From the NCBI GenBank assembly GCA_052327205.1, contig CM126215.1:54622001-54686000 (forward strand): a DNA stretch of 64,000 nucleotides, given 5' to 3'. Below, piece by piece: positions 50,601 to 63,165 of the stretch (the first letter of the stretch is position 1; each line of letters starts with the position of its first letter). The translations under genes and the position numbers were made by a program. The notes beneath the pieces are model-generated. The model was not told the DNA's origin, did no database searches, and worked only from the letters and a program-made list of their open reading frames with translations. The stretch is from Somniosus microcephalus. Taxonomy: Eukaryota.

Positions 50601-52683
50601 AATAAGTCCATGCTGGTGTTTATGCTTCACACCATAAGTCCGCCCACATTAGTTCCTGAAATGTAATTCAATAGAAATTTGAACAAAGGACATACTTTTT
50701 TAGCAGGGTCAGCTCAGTAACGAGTCACTCGACACAGCAACAGTGACGCACTATTTACAAGACACTTTTCTGAACTTTTATGGCATTTCAACTTTTCCCG
50801 TCGACACATTTTTCCAACAGAGGAATGAAGATGATAAATAAAATGTAGGTGAAGAACTGTAGTGAGAAGTGGTTAGCCATGCTAATAAAAAAGGCCATCT
50901 ATCGTCCATGTACTGACCTCGGACAAACCGCTTTCAGAGTAATTTTACTGCTACTCTGGATTTAACTTTACTAACTGGTAGCAATTCAGCACATCTTTTC
51001 GTACCAGCAGTTATCTAAAATGCTGCAATAATGACATCAAGAGTAGAATGGTGCGAGATTGGTTTTCTATTGTGCTGCTCAACTGGCATAATGCCCACTT
51101 TGAAAGCAATTCACTGCTCATCACTGAAATCCTGGCAGATACGACACTAAATGCCTCAACAGCTTTGCAAGAGGACCACACCATCCATGAACCAAAGCAG
51201 ATAAGGGTGCTAAATTTGTCTGGAGGAGAGAAGAAAATTGCAAATAAAAGTTCTATTGCAAAGACTTCCCAGTAGATATTCTGAACATGTTTGAAGAAGA
51301 TTTCATCCTTATAATGACATGAAAAATGACCACCTATGTCTATGGTTTAGACCAACAATTTAAATCCCACTGAACTCACTCTAATCATTTGTCAATCAAA
51401 CTAAACTGAATAAATGTTCAGAAAGATAAGGGCTTTGTAACTCACCTGTCTATTTTTTCACTACTATTACTGACATATTAATACGTAGGTTTTAAGGGAA
51501 AAAAAAACTTTTCGTTTGCCTTTACTAGTTTGATGGCATTTACCCAATACCACTTTATTCACAATACAAAATAAATTATTCAGTTATGACTACAATGATT
51601 CACCCTTGTCAAACTTTGGCCATTTTAAAACCTCAGACTCTGCATTACATGTCAGTCAAGCCAGAACAGTGCTGAGTTGTAAAGGTTCTGTAGGACTATA
51701 GATACCTTTTACATGTCTCTCAACGTGAGAAATGTAATGCTGCCCGTATTTATACACGTGCGCATACACAGCCATCAGAACAGTTTTAAGTTTTGGCCAC
51801 TTTCATTTCACAGTTCCACTTTTGGGAAATTGGTGAGAGTGGCAAGAAAAAAAAAATCAGATCAAATTTTCTTTAAATAGAGGGAGAACTGCACACACTG
51901 CAGCTCACCATTATAATGCCTGTGTGTGCCTGTAATCAATACGGATAACAGCTGTAATATCGGACCTACAGGCATGGAATTTTGCCAAGTGTTAGATGAA
52001 TACAAATAAAACTCAAAGTCCTAATGTTAAAAAAAACTGCTTAGCAAATAGTCAAAATAAAATTAGTCAGGATCAAAACGATATTCAGCCCATTATGAGA
52101 CCAGCTGTTGTAAACTCAAATGGGGAGGTTTTGTGACATCATGAGATTACCGATGAGGAAAAGCCCATTTGCTTTAATGTGGCTATAATCTTAGCAACAG
52201 GAAAATAACCAATTACAACATCAGTTCTCAGTTAATAACTGGTACTCAGAGTTACTTATTGTAGATGATAATCTACTAAATTACCAGGAATTTTAAAATC
52301 TGCTAGTTCTATTCGCCTCACAAAATTCAATAAGGTGTCTAAAGCAATATCCAATTAGACTTAAATCCCTTCATATAATAGAATTTAAAATTATTGGAAG
52401 AAAATAATCAACTTCCTTCTCCAAGTACAGGAGAAGATATTTGCTGGAACAATATATTTGTCAAAAGAACTAGGTTATCAAACAAGTTCAACTGGAGATT
52501 ATGACTAAACCTTTCAATAAAAACCTGCTCTGTAACTAACCGTAAACTCTCACACCAAATGTATCCAGGTAATTAGCCATGATTAAGGACATTTCTCTTT
52601 CCTTTAGAAATAATCTTTGGAACATTTATTTTGCATTCACTCAAGGTACATTTGGTGCACTTGTTGTCTTTACAGACCTATCT

Positions 52684-53333
52684 GGGGTAATTTTAAACCC
52701 AAGGACATATGGGCTTGGGGGCAGGTGAGGAGTTAAAACACTTAAATCTTAAACCCGACCCCAATCCACCCACTTCTGGTTTTAATGGAGGCGGGCGACC
52801 AATCCGCTCTCAGGAGGCGGGTCGGTCAGTAAAAGCTTTTAAGGAGGCTGTGAGCCGCCATTTTAACAGGTTTTTAATTTTAACCCATGAAGGCTGGGTT
52901 TCCCAGGGCTCAGGAAGCCCGACAGGTAAAAGGAGGCAGGAAGGGCCGGATCCATGAGGTAAATGCATTTACAGCACTGCTTGTGGGCCAGGAGGAGCAG
53001 GAATGTTTCTTTCAGGCCCAACAAGTTTACCTCTTTCCAGATCCTGCGATTGTACCCAGTGACCTCAGACTCTGCCCATCGCCACAATCTTAGTCTTCGC
53101 CTACCCTCCTGCGAACTCTGAGTGCTCACCCCGCACTCCCCCTCCGTCTCTCCCCCCCCCCCCCCACTCCCTTTCCCGCCCGACTCCTACCCCACCCCAC
53201 TCCTACTTACCTCGCATGTGCTCTTAACCTGCTTTCCCGCTCGACAGGCAGCCAGCCCGTCAATCAGGCTGGCTGTCGTGTGGGAAATCTGCTGAAAATT
53301 TTTTAAAGCCATTCTGCTGTTAATTTCAGGGCC
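52684..53333. mobile_element. Related Harbinger-like MITE (different family)
   Basis: Degenerate TIRs ggggtaatttta / taatttcagggcc; internal palindromes such as cagccagcccgtcaatcaggctggctg. Confidence 0.5.
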
Positions 53334-53334
53334 A

Positions 53335-53662
53335 TTTGAGCTGAAGGCATGGCCATCAATGGTGGGGCGAAGCAAGTTGGTGATGTAGAAGAAGCCAGAT
53401 TTAGAGGAATGCAGAGTTCTCGGAGGTTTTTAAGGCTGGAAAAGGTTACGGAGATGGGGCGGGTCGCGGTCATGGAGGGATTTGAACACAAGGATGAGAA
53501 TTTAAAATTTGAGGCATTGCTGGACTGGGAGCGTAGTGAACACAGGGGTGATGGGTGAACGGGACTTGGTGCGAGTTAGGATACAGGCAGTAGAGTGGGT
53601 GAGCTCAAGTTTATGGAGGGTGAAAGATGGGAGGCCGGCCCGGAGAGTATTGGAATAGTCAA
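53335..53662 (-). mobile_element. L2 fragment
   Basis: Colinear with 29520-29860. Confidence 0.72.
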
Positions 53663-54594
53663 TTACTCTGATTAGGGGCCAAATTTCAAATGTATAGATG
53701 CAACTAATTTAAAATAAATAAAAAAACAGGTGACATTCATATTCAACTTCTAATTTTTTTTATATTACTGTACACTGATTTTTTTTCCCCCTTCTATTCT
53801 GCAGCACCTCTGGAATTTGTGATTTGTTTTCCAACTCATTAAAAAGCTAGAAATCAGAAAATGTACAGAAGTTATAACTTGAAAGTATCCAACTGAATGC
53901 TTCAATAAAACTGCCCTCCCATTTACATCCTCTGTTGTGCATGTTACATAGAATAAAATACACAGAGCAGTGTGTTTCTCGAAACTTGAGCAATTCAAGT
54001 AATGTTTTTAACAAGGCAAGGTTTGTCATCACAACCCTTGCTATGCGTTAAAACTTTCCCTGTAAATTCTACATTCCCGTGCCAGAACATGCAGACCACT
54101 CTGCAGGTCTGTAACTCATACAGACACCCATTAGCTCATCTGTAAATGTCCAGCCTCTCCATCATTCTTCAACCCATACGGGTTGCCAATCATTTAAAGA
54201 AAACTTCCAATGTTCTCTTCGTAGATAGGCTCCGTCACATCTTCTCAACACAGGAAGGACACAGACCTGATTCCCGGTCTCCCCTAATGTTCCTCCACAG
54301 CTGATCCCATTCGAGGTAGAAGAGTAGTTTACAAGATAATTACAAATGAGGAAAGCCACTCAGCCCACCTTAACTCATCCACTCAGAGGCATCCTACAAT
54401 TCACCCATTGCAGCATCCAACGCTTTCTTAAATTATTCCAGTATTTTTGCCTCACTGCTCTATTTGGGAGTTCGTCCCATGTGTTGATCAGTCTGTGTGA
54501 AGAAGAATTTCCTGATATTAGTCCAAAATTTATCTTTTTACTAGTTTGAACTTATATCCCTTCATTTCTGCAATTTACTTTAAAAGTAATATTC

Positions 54595-55270
54595 TCGAGC
54601 CCCTTGCGGCCCCCCCCCCCCCGCCACCTCTTCGTCATCTGCACGTTGCCCCATGGCAAAATCATCCAAAGACATCGGGTCAGGTTTCAGGCAGGTGTAT
54701 GCTAATGACACCCAGCTCTACCTCTCCACCACCTCGCAACCCTTTCATTGCCTCTTTGTTGTTAGATTGCTCGTCTGACATCTTGACCTGGACGAACCGT
54801 AATTTCCTCCAGTTAAACATTGGGAAGAACGAAGTCATCGTATTTGACCTCCACCACAAACTCTGTAATCTTACCATTGATTCCATCCCCATACCCAGCC
54901 ACTGTCTTAGGTTGAACCACACTGATTGCAACCTTGTTGTTCCATTTGACCCTGAGCTGAGTATTCAACTCCCTGTCCTCTTCATCACAAAGACCGCCTA
55001 CTTCCACCTCTAACATCGCCTGTCTCTGCCCCGCCACACTACAGCCAATCTGCTACTGAAACCCTCATCCATACCACTGTCACATCCAACCTCAACTAGT
55101 CCAATTCTCACCTGGCCAGCCTCCCATCTTCTACCCTCTATAACATTAGCTCATCCATATCCTATTGTACACCATGCCACCCTCACCCATTACCCCTGTG
55201 CCCGCTGACCTGGATTAGCCACTGGTTCCCAAATGCCTCAAGTTTAAAATCATCCTAGTTTTCAAATTTC
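54595..55270 (+). mobile_element. L2 RT fragment
   Basis: YANDTQLY-like motif; WTNRNFLQLNIGKNEVIVF...ITKTAYFHL. Confidence 0.75.
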
Positions 55271-55554
55271 TAAGCAGCCTTACATATATTTGGGATTGGC
55301 CTAAACAAAAGCATGGTCTGTAATCATGTAAACATACAAAAATCAAACAACTCTTTATTTGGTTTTAGTTTAATTTTTCTTCATTCTTGCAGATGCTTTC
55401 TTAAAAAAAGAGTTTCATTCATGTCAGTAATTAGCTTATGACTCCAGTTATTTTACATTATAATGGCAGAGTTATGGTCTCATGATGTGCTGATGCAATC
55501 CAAATGTTCCTAAATTTACTTAGAGGTGAAAAGGAATTTCTTTTAACTGGCTTC

Positions 55555-55830
55555 AGTTCATGGGTTAGGGAGGGGAAAAATCAGTTTGGCGTCACACTGC
55601 TGATCATTATCGAGAGACCCTTGCTGCAAGTCCACAAGTGTGAATGCTGGGCTGAGGACTAGGCTCAGCTGTGATACCCCGATGATAGATTAGCTGACTG
55701 TCCTGCACGGTCAAGGTTATTGCAAGAATACTGGCCACCTAGCTGGGGTACCAGAGGACGCAGGGCATCCATGGAACTATAACGCAGCAAGGATTCAATG
55801 CCTTCAGATAAATAGGGGTGAAAGGTGGCA
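55555..55830 (+). mobile_element. Fragment of the unnamed tRNA-headed SINE-like family
   Basis: gggttagggaggggaaaaaatcag...ggctcagctgtgat...ggccac...gtaccagagg...atggaact...gccttcag; shared with 18500-19290 and 24490-24760. Confidence 0.5.
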
Positions 55831-56682
55831 AGAAGAAAAAAAATAATCTGCCAATACACGTGAATCAGATCAGATATTATCTTATTGAATGGCGGGGCAG
55901 GCTCGAGGGGCCAAATGGCCTATTCCTGCTCCTATTTCTTATGTTCTTATCCAAAAAATAAAAGTATTTTAGTGGATGTTTACTGTGAAATCCGACTGCC
56001 ACCACACCAGGCCCATAGTTAGGTTACTCAGGATATTTGACTCCCTCCCTCCAAGTGCACTTTATTTTTTGTGCATTTCATTATTTTCCTGCAAGATGCC
56101 TCTGCTCTATGAATTAAAGACCTAGATTTGCAAAGTCAGTGTAAGATAATGAAACCAATCCTTTATTAACAAGTAATTGAAGGAAATGGAATCATACCCC
56201 ACCCCAGAAAAAAAGTCAATGGTGAAAGGTATCACTTTTTAAAATCTTTAAAAATCTGCCACATCTCTACATCTTCAATAAAAAAAAATCCAGAAGAGTC
56301 CTTTGTAAATAAAAATTCTAATTCATGATTATAGAGTAGTGTGACAACACCAATATTTATAATTTTACTGTCAGCTGGCTAATGCCATTTCAGAAAACCT
56401 TCAAGCGGAAAGTAATAGGAATTTGTTTGCATCATGCAAGAGTGTGACACTGGGCGTTCAACAGTACTGAACCTGCTCAGGTTCCATTTCAAACATAACA
56501 CAATAAAAAAAAACACTCAGGAAAAAAGCCCATAAAAGGATCCAGATTTCTGTGAGAGAGAGCTAGTTTTGTGTAAACAACAGGACAATTTTGAAACAAA
56601 ATAGGTCCATGTAGACTGGGTGAATAAATGCTGTATATACACACACATTATATATATTAAAAAAAAGTTCCTCAAATACAAT

Positions 56683-57422
56683 GGGCCAGTAATTCCTGTC
56701 CCAACGCGTGAGTACGGACGGGGTACTCACGCGTGGGCCCGGAGGAATTGCCGGTTTTCAGCATGCACAGTGCGTGCGGGGAAAACCGGCATTTCCTCTC
56801 CTCTGACCCAAGGGGTTAAGAGGCGGAACGCGTGCGAGGTTTCAGGTAGCGTTTTTTGAAGAGTTGTCCGTGGGGAAAAGACTCCGGTTTTTACGTGTGA
56901 AAAAAGCAGCCGTAAGTACTTACTTTTAACAGGTAAGTGGTCTATTAAGTAAAATTAGAAAATTTTTCCACAGGTTCATTATTTTTGAAGACTTTACAGT
57001 AAGGTAAGTATTTTTAGCCCCGATTTTTTATATAATAATTTTTTTCAAAATTTAAAATTATTGTTTAAAATAGTTTTTGAGTTATTTATAGTTCATTTAA
57101 TTAGTGCAATGTTTTTTTAAATTTTCTTTCAAGTTTAAGTAGTGTTTTGGGGCCAGGAGTTTTCATGAGTGTGACAGTTTTTACTATCAAACTCATGAAT
57201 GAACTTTTGCAACCTCCCATTGGTTGCCCACTGCTCACTTGATCCCAGCCGGCTCATCGCACTAAGTACGCCGCTGGGTCACGCACGCACAGCGCGGCAG
57301 GACCTGAAGCGGGCCAGTGACAGGAAATGCAATGTGGGCCAGGATTGAAATGTCAGCACGCCGGGTAAGTGCACATCGGGGGCTTGCACGCGCGGCAAGC
57401 CCCCGAACCTAATTTCTGGGCC
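56683..57422. mobile_element. PIF/Harbinger-like MITE, same family and orientation as 42545-43309
   Basis: TIRs gggccagtaatt / aatttctgggcc, flanks aat/act; colinear with 42545-43309 over its full length. Confidence 0.82.
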
Positions 57423-57471
57423 ACTAGTTTACCCAGATAGCACAAGCACTACTTTAGCATTTTCTGATACA

Positions 57472-58390
57472 AGCCCCAGGACATTGCTGCAGGAGTTCCT
57501 CAGGCCAGTGTCCTAGGTCCAACCATCTTCAGCTACTTCATCAATGACCTTCCCGACATCATTAAGTCAGAGGTGGGGGATATTCGCTAATTATTGCAGA
57601 GTGTTCAATTCCATTCGCAATTCCTCAGATAATGAAGCAGTCCGTGCCCGCGTGTAGCGTGACCTGGACAATATGCAGGTTTGGGCTGATAAGTGGTAAG
57701 TAATATTGGCGTCACACAAGTACCAGGCAATGGCCATCTCCAACAGGAGAGTCTAACCACCTCCCCATGACATTCAACGACATTACCATAGTCAAATCCC
57801 CCACCATCAATATCCTGGGGGGGTCACCATTGGCCAGAAACTTAACTGGACCAGCCACATAAATGCTGTGGCTACTAAAGCAGGTCAGAGGCTGGGTATT
57901 CTGCACAAGTCAGGAGTGTGATGAAATACTCTCCACTTGCCTGGATGAGTGCATCTCCAACAACACTCAGGACATAGCAGCCCGCTTGATCGACACCCCA
58001 TTCACCACCTTAAACATTCACTCCCTCCACCAATGTGTACCATCTACAAGATGCATTGCAGCAACTCGCCAAGGCTTCTTCTACAGTCTCAAACCCACAA
58101 TCTTTCTCACCTAGAAGGACAAGGGCAACAGGCGCATGGGAACACAGCCATTTCCACGCTCCCCTCTATGTTGCACACCATCCTGACTTGGAAGTATATC
58201 GCCAACCCTTCATTTTTGCTGGGTCAAAATCCTGGAACTCCCTACCTAACAGCACTGTGGGAGTACCTTCACTACATGGACTGCAGCAGTTCAAGGCGCT
58301 GGCTCACCACCACCTTCGCAAGGGCAATTAGAGATGGGCAATAAATGCTGGCCTTGCCAGCAACACCCACATCCCATGAATGAATAAATA
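57472..58390 (+). mobile_element. CR1-group LINE 3' fragment
   Basis: AGVPQASVLGPTIFSYFINDLP...; tail ggcaataaatgctggccttgccagcaacacccacatcccatgaatgaataaa. Confidence 0.78.
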
Positions 58391-58404
58391 AGAATTTTTA
58401 AAAA

Positions 58405-60300
58405 GCCCTGGGTCTTTTTACTCTAGAAAAGCGTAGACTTCCGAGTTAATTAGTGGATGTATTTAAATCGATGAAGGGACTAGACCAGTGGTGGGTAAAA
58501 TACGGCCCTCCAGCCATACCCGGCCCGCCAATTCACTCTAACCGGCCCGCCTTGCGGGGCAGAAATAGAACAGCCCGAGCTGCACATTAGCCTGAGTTGA
58601 GTCACGGCTGCTCATCTCGATGACTCTTTTACCGAATAAAGAGACCGCTCCTCTCCTGGTACCCAGAGTACGATGGCGGGTGGGGGGGGGTTCTCATCGC
58701 CGGGAGTGGATCCTGGAGCACAAGGACTCCAGGTTCTGGCGTGCGATTGTAGTTCAGCAGGCCTCGTGAAGCCTCGGGCTCCAGTGTCCAGCACACTAAA
58801 AAGTGAACACCTCTCGCGTTGGAGGCCCCGCAAACTCGAGCTGCTCTGCCAAACAGCCACGTAGGCTTTCAGTGCAGCATATAATCGATCAATCAATCGT
58901 TTCATTCATTTAGTAATGGAAGATTTTACCACTTTACACTACATTTTGTGTATTTAAGATAGTATTGGACTACTATCTGAATTTATGCTTATAAATTATT
59001 GGGAGAGTAGAAGTGGGAGTGATGGTCAACACTATGAGTTGGCCCGTTTCAAATTTACCAATTTAGCACTCTGCTCTCACCAATGACTGCTAATGGGGTT
59101 ATTCATTCTTGCACAATTATTTACTCGTTTTAATGTTATCCCACTTAATTAGCATAGTGGAGGCATAAATAAATGGACCCAGGTTTATTGGACAATGTAT
59201 TCACTTTCTAATTTTCCCCATACCATGAACAATTTAAGTTAGTCATGACTGGCCAGTCCCAGTAATAAATAGCACTTGGGGAAGAAATGTGTACTATAAA
59301 GGTACATTACTTCTGCCCATTCTCAAGTGAAAGTTTGCAAACTCTATAGGCGTCTTGGCTTTTCTCAGGAGTGATGGTACATTGACAATGAACAAGCCCA
59401 ATTTGATGGCTGATCTGGGGTGCAATTTGTCATTTTCCAAATCACCTAATTATTTCTTAGCAAGGTTTCAAAGGCATCAAAGTAGCACTTTCATGTGCAA
59501 TTTTTGACGGTTGTACAAATGATTTTATCCTTGATTGTGCCTTATACCTTGCTTATAATTGCCAGTGGAAGCAGAATCAATCTCTCATTTTCCACTATAA
59601 GAATGAATTTAGACCATTTGGAATAAACACTTTTCAATGTGGCTCGTAAACCTGTATCATGTTCGTTAGCATGTTAATAAGTGTTGTCACTTTTATTAAG
59701 TGTGGAAACAACGTGAATGGTTTTTTATACAATAAATGCTGTAACAAATCTTAATGGTAGGTGTTAACACAATCCATTGTGTGCGCGCGGCCCTCAGCAG
59801 CTCACCAAAACTTGTTAAGTGGCCCTCCAGCCGAAATAATTGTCTACCCCTGAACTAGGCTGTGTTTGCATGGACAGATATTTGAATTAGTTAGGTTAGG
59901 GAAAACAAGCGGTCATGCATATAAGCTATGTAAAGATAGAACTAGGTTAGATATCAGGAGGTTTTTCTTTACACAGAGGGATATTGACACCTGAAACCAG
60001 TTGCTGTGGCTACTATCATGGCATACAAAAGATAGTACGTACCTCATGGTCACTAGTGATCTCCTGAATTTGTTTTGATCGCCTTAGGGGACTGGAGAGA
60101 AATTGCCTAGATTCCCACCCCACCCCGAATTGGACTGAGGTTTTTAAAATATGGTTTTTGTGCCTCTCCCAGGAGATTGCATGACTGCTGGGGAGATGGA
60201 ACACTGGGGGTCATGATGCTTTGTTGCGTCACGACTGTTTGGGGCAGGCTCGTTGGACCAGCCAGTCTTTTCCTGCCTGTCTTTTCATACGTTCATATGA
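58405..60300 (+). mobile_element. Old CR1 3' fragment split by a hAT insertion
   Basis: LGLFTLEKRRL...DVFK.MKGLD (58405-58485) resumes after 59860 with GH.YKL...RLDIRRFFFTQR. Confidence 0.6.
58486..59852. mobile_element. hAT (Charlie-like) non-autonomous DNA transposon
   Basis: TIRs CAGTGGTGGGTAAAA / CAGGGGTAGACAATT (reverse complement), 8-bp TSD gactagac/aactaggc (6/8 match, NNCTAGNN type), subterminal GGCCC repeats at both ends. Confidence 0.8.
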
Positions 60301-60696
60301 AGGGAAAAAAACTGATTGAAACAGATTCAGTATTGTGTCCCAGAAAAGTTCTCAATTCTAGAAGAGCATAATTAACTGATGCAGAAAAGGAAAAATAACT
60401 TAATATTTTATCCCGAGAAAAACTGTAGCTCTGGCCACCACCTCAAATTTAATTAAAAAACACACTGTTTGGCTTGATTTTTTAACAATTTTCTCAATCC
60501 CTAAAACTCTAAAAACGTAAAAATATACAATTTAATCTAATTTCTCAATTTAATTTCAATTTCTGTATAAAATTTAATTAATTTCATTTCACATTAATTT
60601 CTTACCAGCTTTATTCCCAACCTGGAATGGAGCCACATGATTTTCCAATTTACTTAACTTACTTTAGCTATGAAATAAAGGAATGCTGCTGTTATT

Positions 60697-61140
60697 GTCA
60701 GCTGTGGCTCAGTGGGTAGCACACTTGCCTCGGAGTCAAGAAGGTTGTGGGTTCAAGTCCCACTCCAGGGACTTGAGCACAAAAATCTAGGCTGACACTC
60801 CAGTGCTGAGGGAGTGCTGCACTGTCGGAGGTGCCCCCTTTCAGAGGAGACGTTAAAACGAGGCCCCGTCTGCTCTCTCAGGTGAATGTAAAAGATCCCA
60901 TGGCACTATTTCGAAGAAGAGCAGGGGAGTTCTCCCCAGTGTCCTGGCCAATATTTATCCCTCAATCAACATCACCAAAACAGGTTATCGGGTCATTATC
61001 ACATTGCTGTGCGCAAATTGGCTGCTGCGTTTTCCCACATTACAACAGTGACTACACTCCAAAAGTACTTCATTGGCTGTAAAGCGCTTTGAGACGTCCG
61101 GTGGTCGTGAAAGGCGCTATATAAATGCAAGTCTTTCTTC
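60697..61140 (+). mobile_element. DeuSINE (SacSINE1-like), full length
   Basis: A box tggctcagtggg, B box ggttcaagtcc, Deu-domain core and L2-like tail aaaggcgctatataaatgcaagtctttc. Confidence 0.86.
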
Positions 61141-61577
61141 ATATAGCTTGGGAATAGACTTCACAAAGCTGGGCCACAAGATGCACCACAGAAGAGTCTA
61201 CAACCTCCCCTCTCATTCCTCTTCAGTGCTGGCTTAACATAAATAGAGCACAACAAATATAAACTACAGTGCAGCAAGTAGGAAACAGGATGACTCCATT
61301 CATAAATGCAAGATAGATTATTCCTAAAGCCTTAGGATGCAATAGTTAACAATGCTGAACTGCAATTTATTTGGGTGGCAGTTGAGAACGTGCGCAACTG
61401 GCAGCACAGCCAAACTGTACACTGGAAAAAAAATTCTAATTGAGACATTCTCCCTCCACCCCAGTAATCCTGTGTTACATTAATATTAAGTTTCAAATCT
61501 TACCTGCATGAAAACTGTTGCATGAGGAACATGGACCTGTTGGGCCGAATGGCCCATTTCTGTGCTGTAAATACTAT

Positions 61578-62453
61578 GGGGGAAAAATTCAGTTGGTTTG
61601 CGCCTCCCGTTAGCGCCTTAAGAGGGCGCTAATGTAGCGCAAAGCAACTAGCGCCCATGCACAGCGATGTTTGCGTCGCTCATGAAATTGACCAGGCATT
61701 TTGCGGCAGCACTAAACACTACCGCCACGATCTCCTGCGCCCGCAGATCATGACGTCAGTCGAGCGTGCAATGCCCCGGACCGGATATTGAGTGGCGCCC
61801 CCGTCTTACCGCCTGCCGCTAGCAACGACAGGTTGAGGGGAGCGTTTTGCAGTCGGGAAGGGACTGGGGGAGCACTATTTAAAGGCGACCGCTTCCTGCC
61901 TTTTTTTGTCGGCGAAATTTTTTCACCACGCATTGCGTGAGAGCGAGACTGCAGGAGATATTCAAAGCTGTGTTGAGGAGTTTTGGGTACTGAGCAGCAC
62001 TTTGCAGGTTCTTTTTTATTTGATTTTCCTTGCATCGATTTAGAAGAGACTATGGGGACTGCACTCTGAGCTCTTTCCCTAGGCCTCTCCATTGTTCTTT
62101 CCAACAGATTTGATGTACAGGTCTCTCCAGGCCTAGATTCAAGGCTGCAATGAGCAGGATGTGGATGGAGAGCAAGATCGACCCTCCCCTTTAAGAACTG
62201 GCCGGCGACAGTGTGTCTGTGTCCCATTGCTGACTGCTATCACATGAGCTTCGCCCGCGCTCTGAGTTAGCACCACGCTCCTCGGCCTTTGCGCCTTAAG
62301 ACAGGTGTGTAGCGCCTGATTTAGCGCTCCAATCACCTCCAGGGGTGGTAAAAGCCAAGTTTGCAGTCGCAGGCAATAATTAGCGCCAGGCGCTAAACTT
62401 TGCGCCCGGCCGATGATTGCGCCCCAAACGGGACGATACTGAATTTCTCCCCC
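61578..62453. mobile_element. PIF/Harbinger-like non-autonomous element with clear 3-bp TSD
   Basis: TIRs GGGGGAAAAATTCAGT / GGGGGAGAAATTCAGT (15/16 match), TSD TAT/TAT, subterminal GCGCC/GGCGC repeats. Confidence 0.8.
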
Positions 62454-62899
62454 TATGTACTTAGCCTAGTAAGTGGTAACACACACAATTCTAGGCACTT
62501 TCTTTTATGTCACTCCATAATTCCCCTGTAATACACAAGGTTCCAGTGGGCCGACTAGAAACACAGCCAGCTCTGCACAAGTTGCCAAAACACAAAATGC
62601 TAACAGCAATTGTCACCGGCAAACTTTTTTCTTGCAGATTCTGTGTCACTACACTTGACAATATATGAGTTTTTTTTAATGAAAACCGTTCAGTTTTAAA
62701 AGACTCCATCATGCCTGACAAAGGATGTTATATTGCTCACACCTTTTACAGTTTTGTAGAAAACAGTCCCTATTTATTCTATTTGTGGTCATTAAAGTGG
62801 GGGATGTTAGCACTGGGCATGTATTGCCAGCACCAAGTATCCCCAAGTTAGGTGTAGCATGGCCAGTTCCAGAGGAAAGCTCCAGCTAAGTTTGCTCCA

Positions 62900-63165
62900 A
62901 CAATATGCCTGAATTTGAATCTCAGAAGAGTACTCCAATGCACCACTGACATTTCGATTTCAGACACAAGCTGTTTCTGGCACCTTCTTGACTGAGACTG
63001 CCAGTTAGTTTCAAAATAGCGGCAGTTCTTTAGAGGCCTTGTGCCCAGTTGGAATCAGGTTGGCCACAAGTATCTCATGCGAGGCCCTTGCAGCTGGCAA
63101 ATGGGAGAAACTGTCACCTCCTCTGTCTAATGTGAAAGGAGAGTGTGCTAGCCACAGTCGTCAGT
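62900..63165 (-). mobile_element. Possible second LF-SINE-like remnant
   Basis: Minus-strand cctttcac...aagggcc...tggcagtctcag blocks in LF-SINE-like order; very diverged. Confidence 0.35.
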
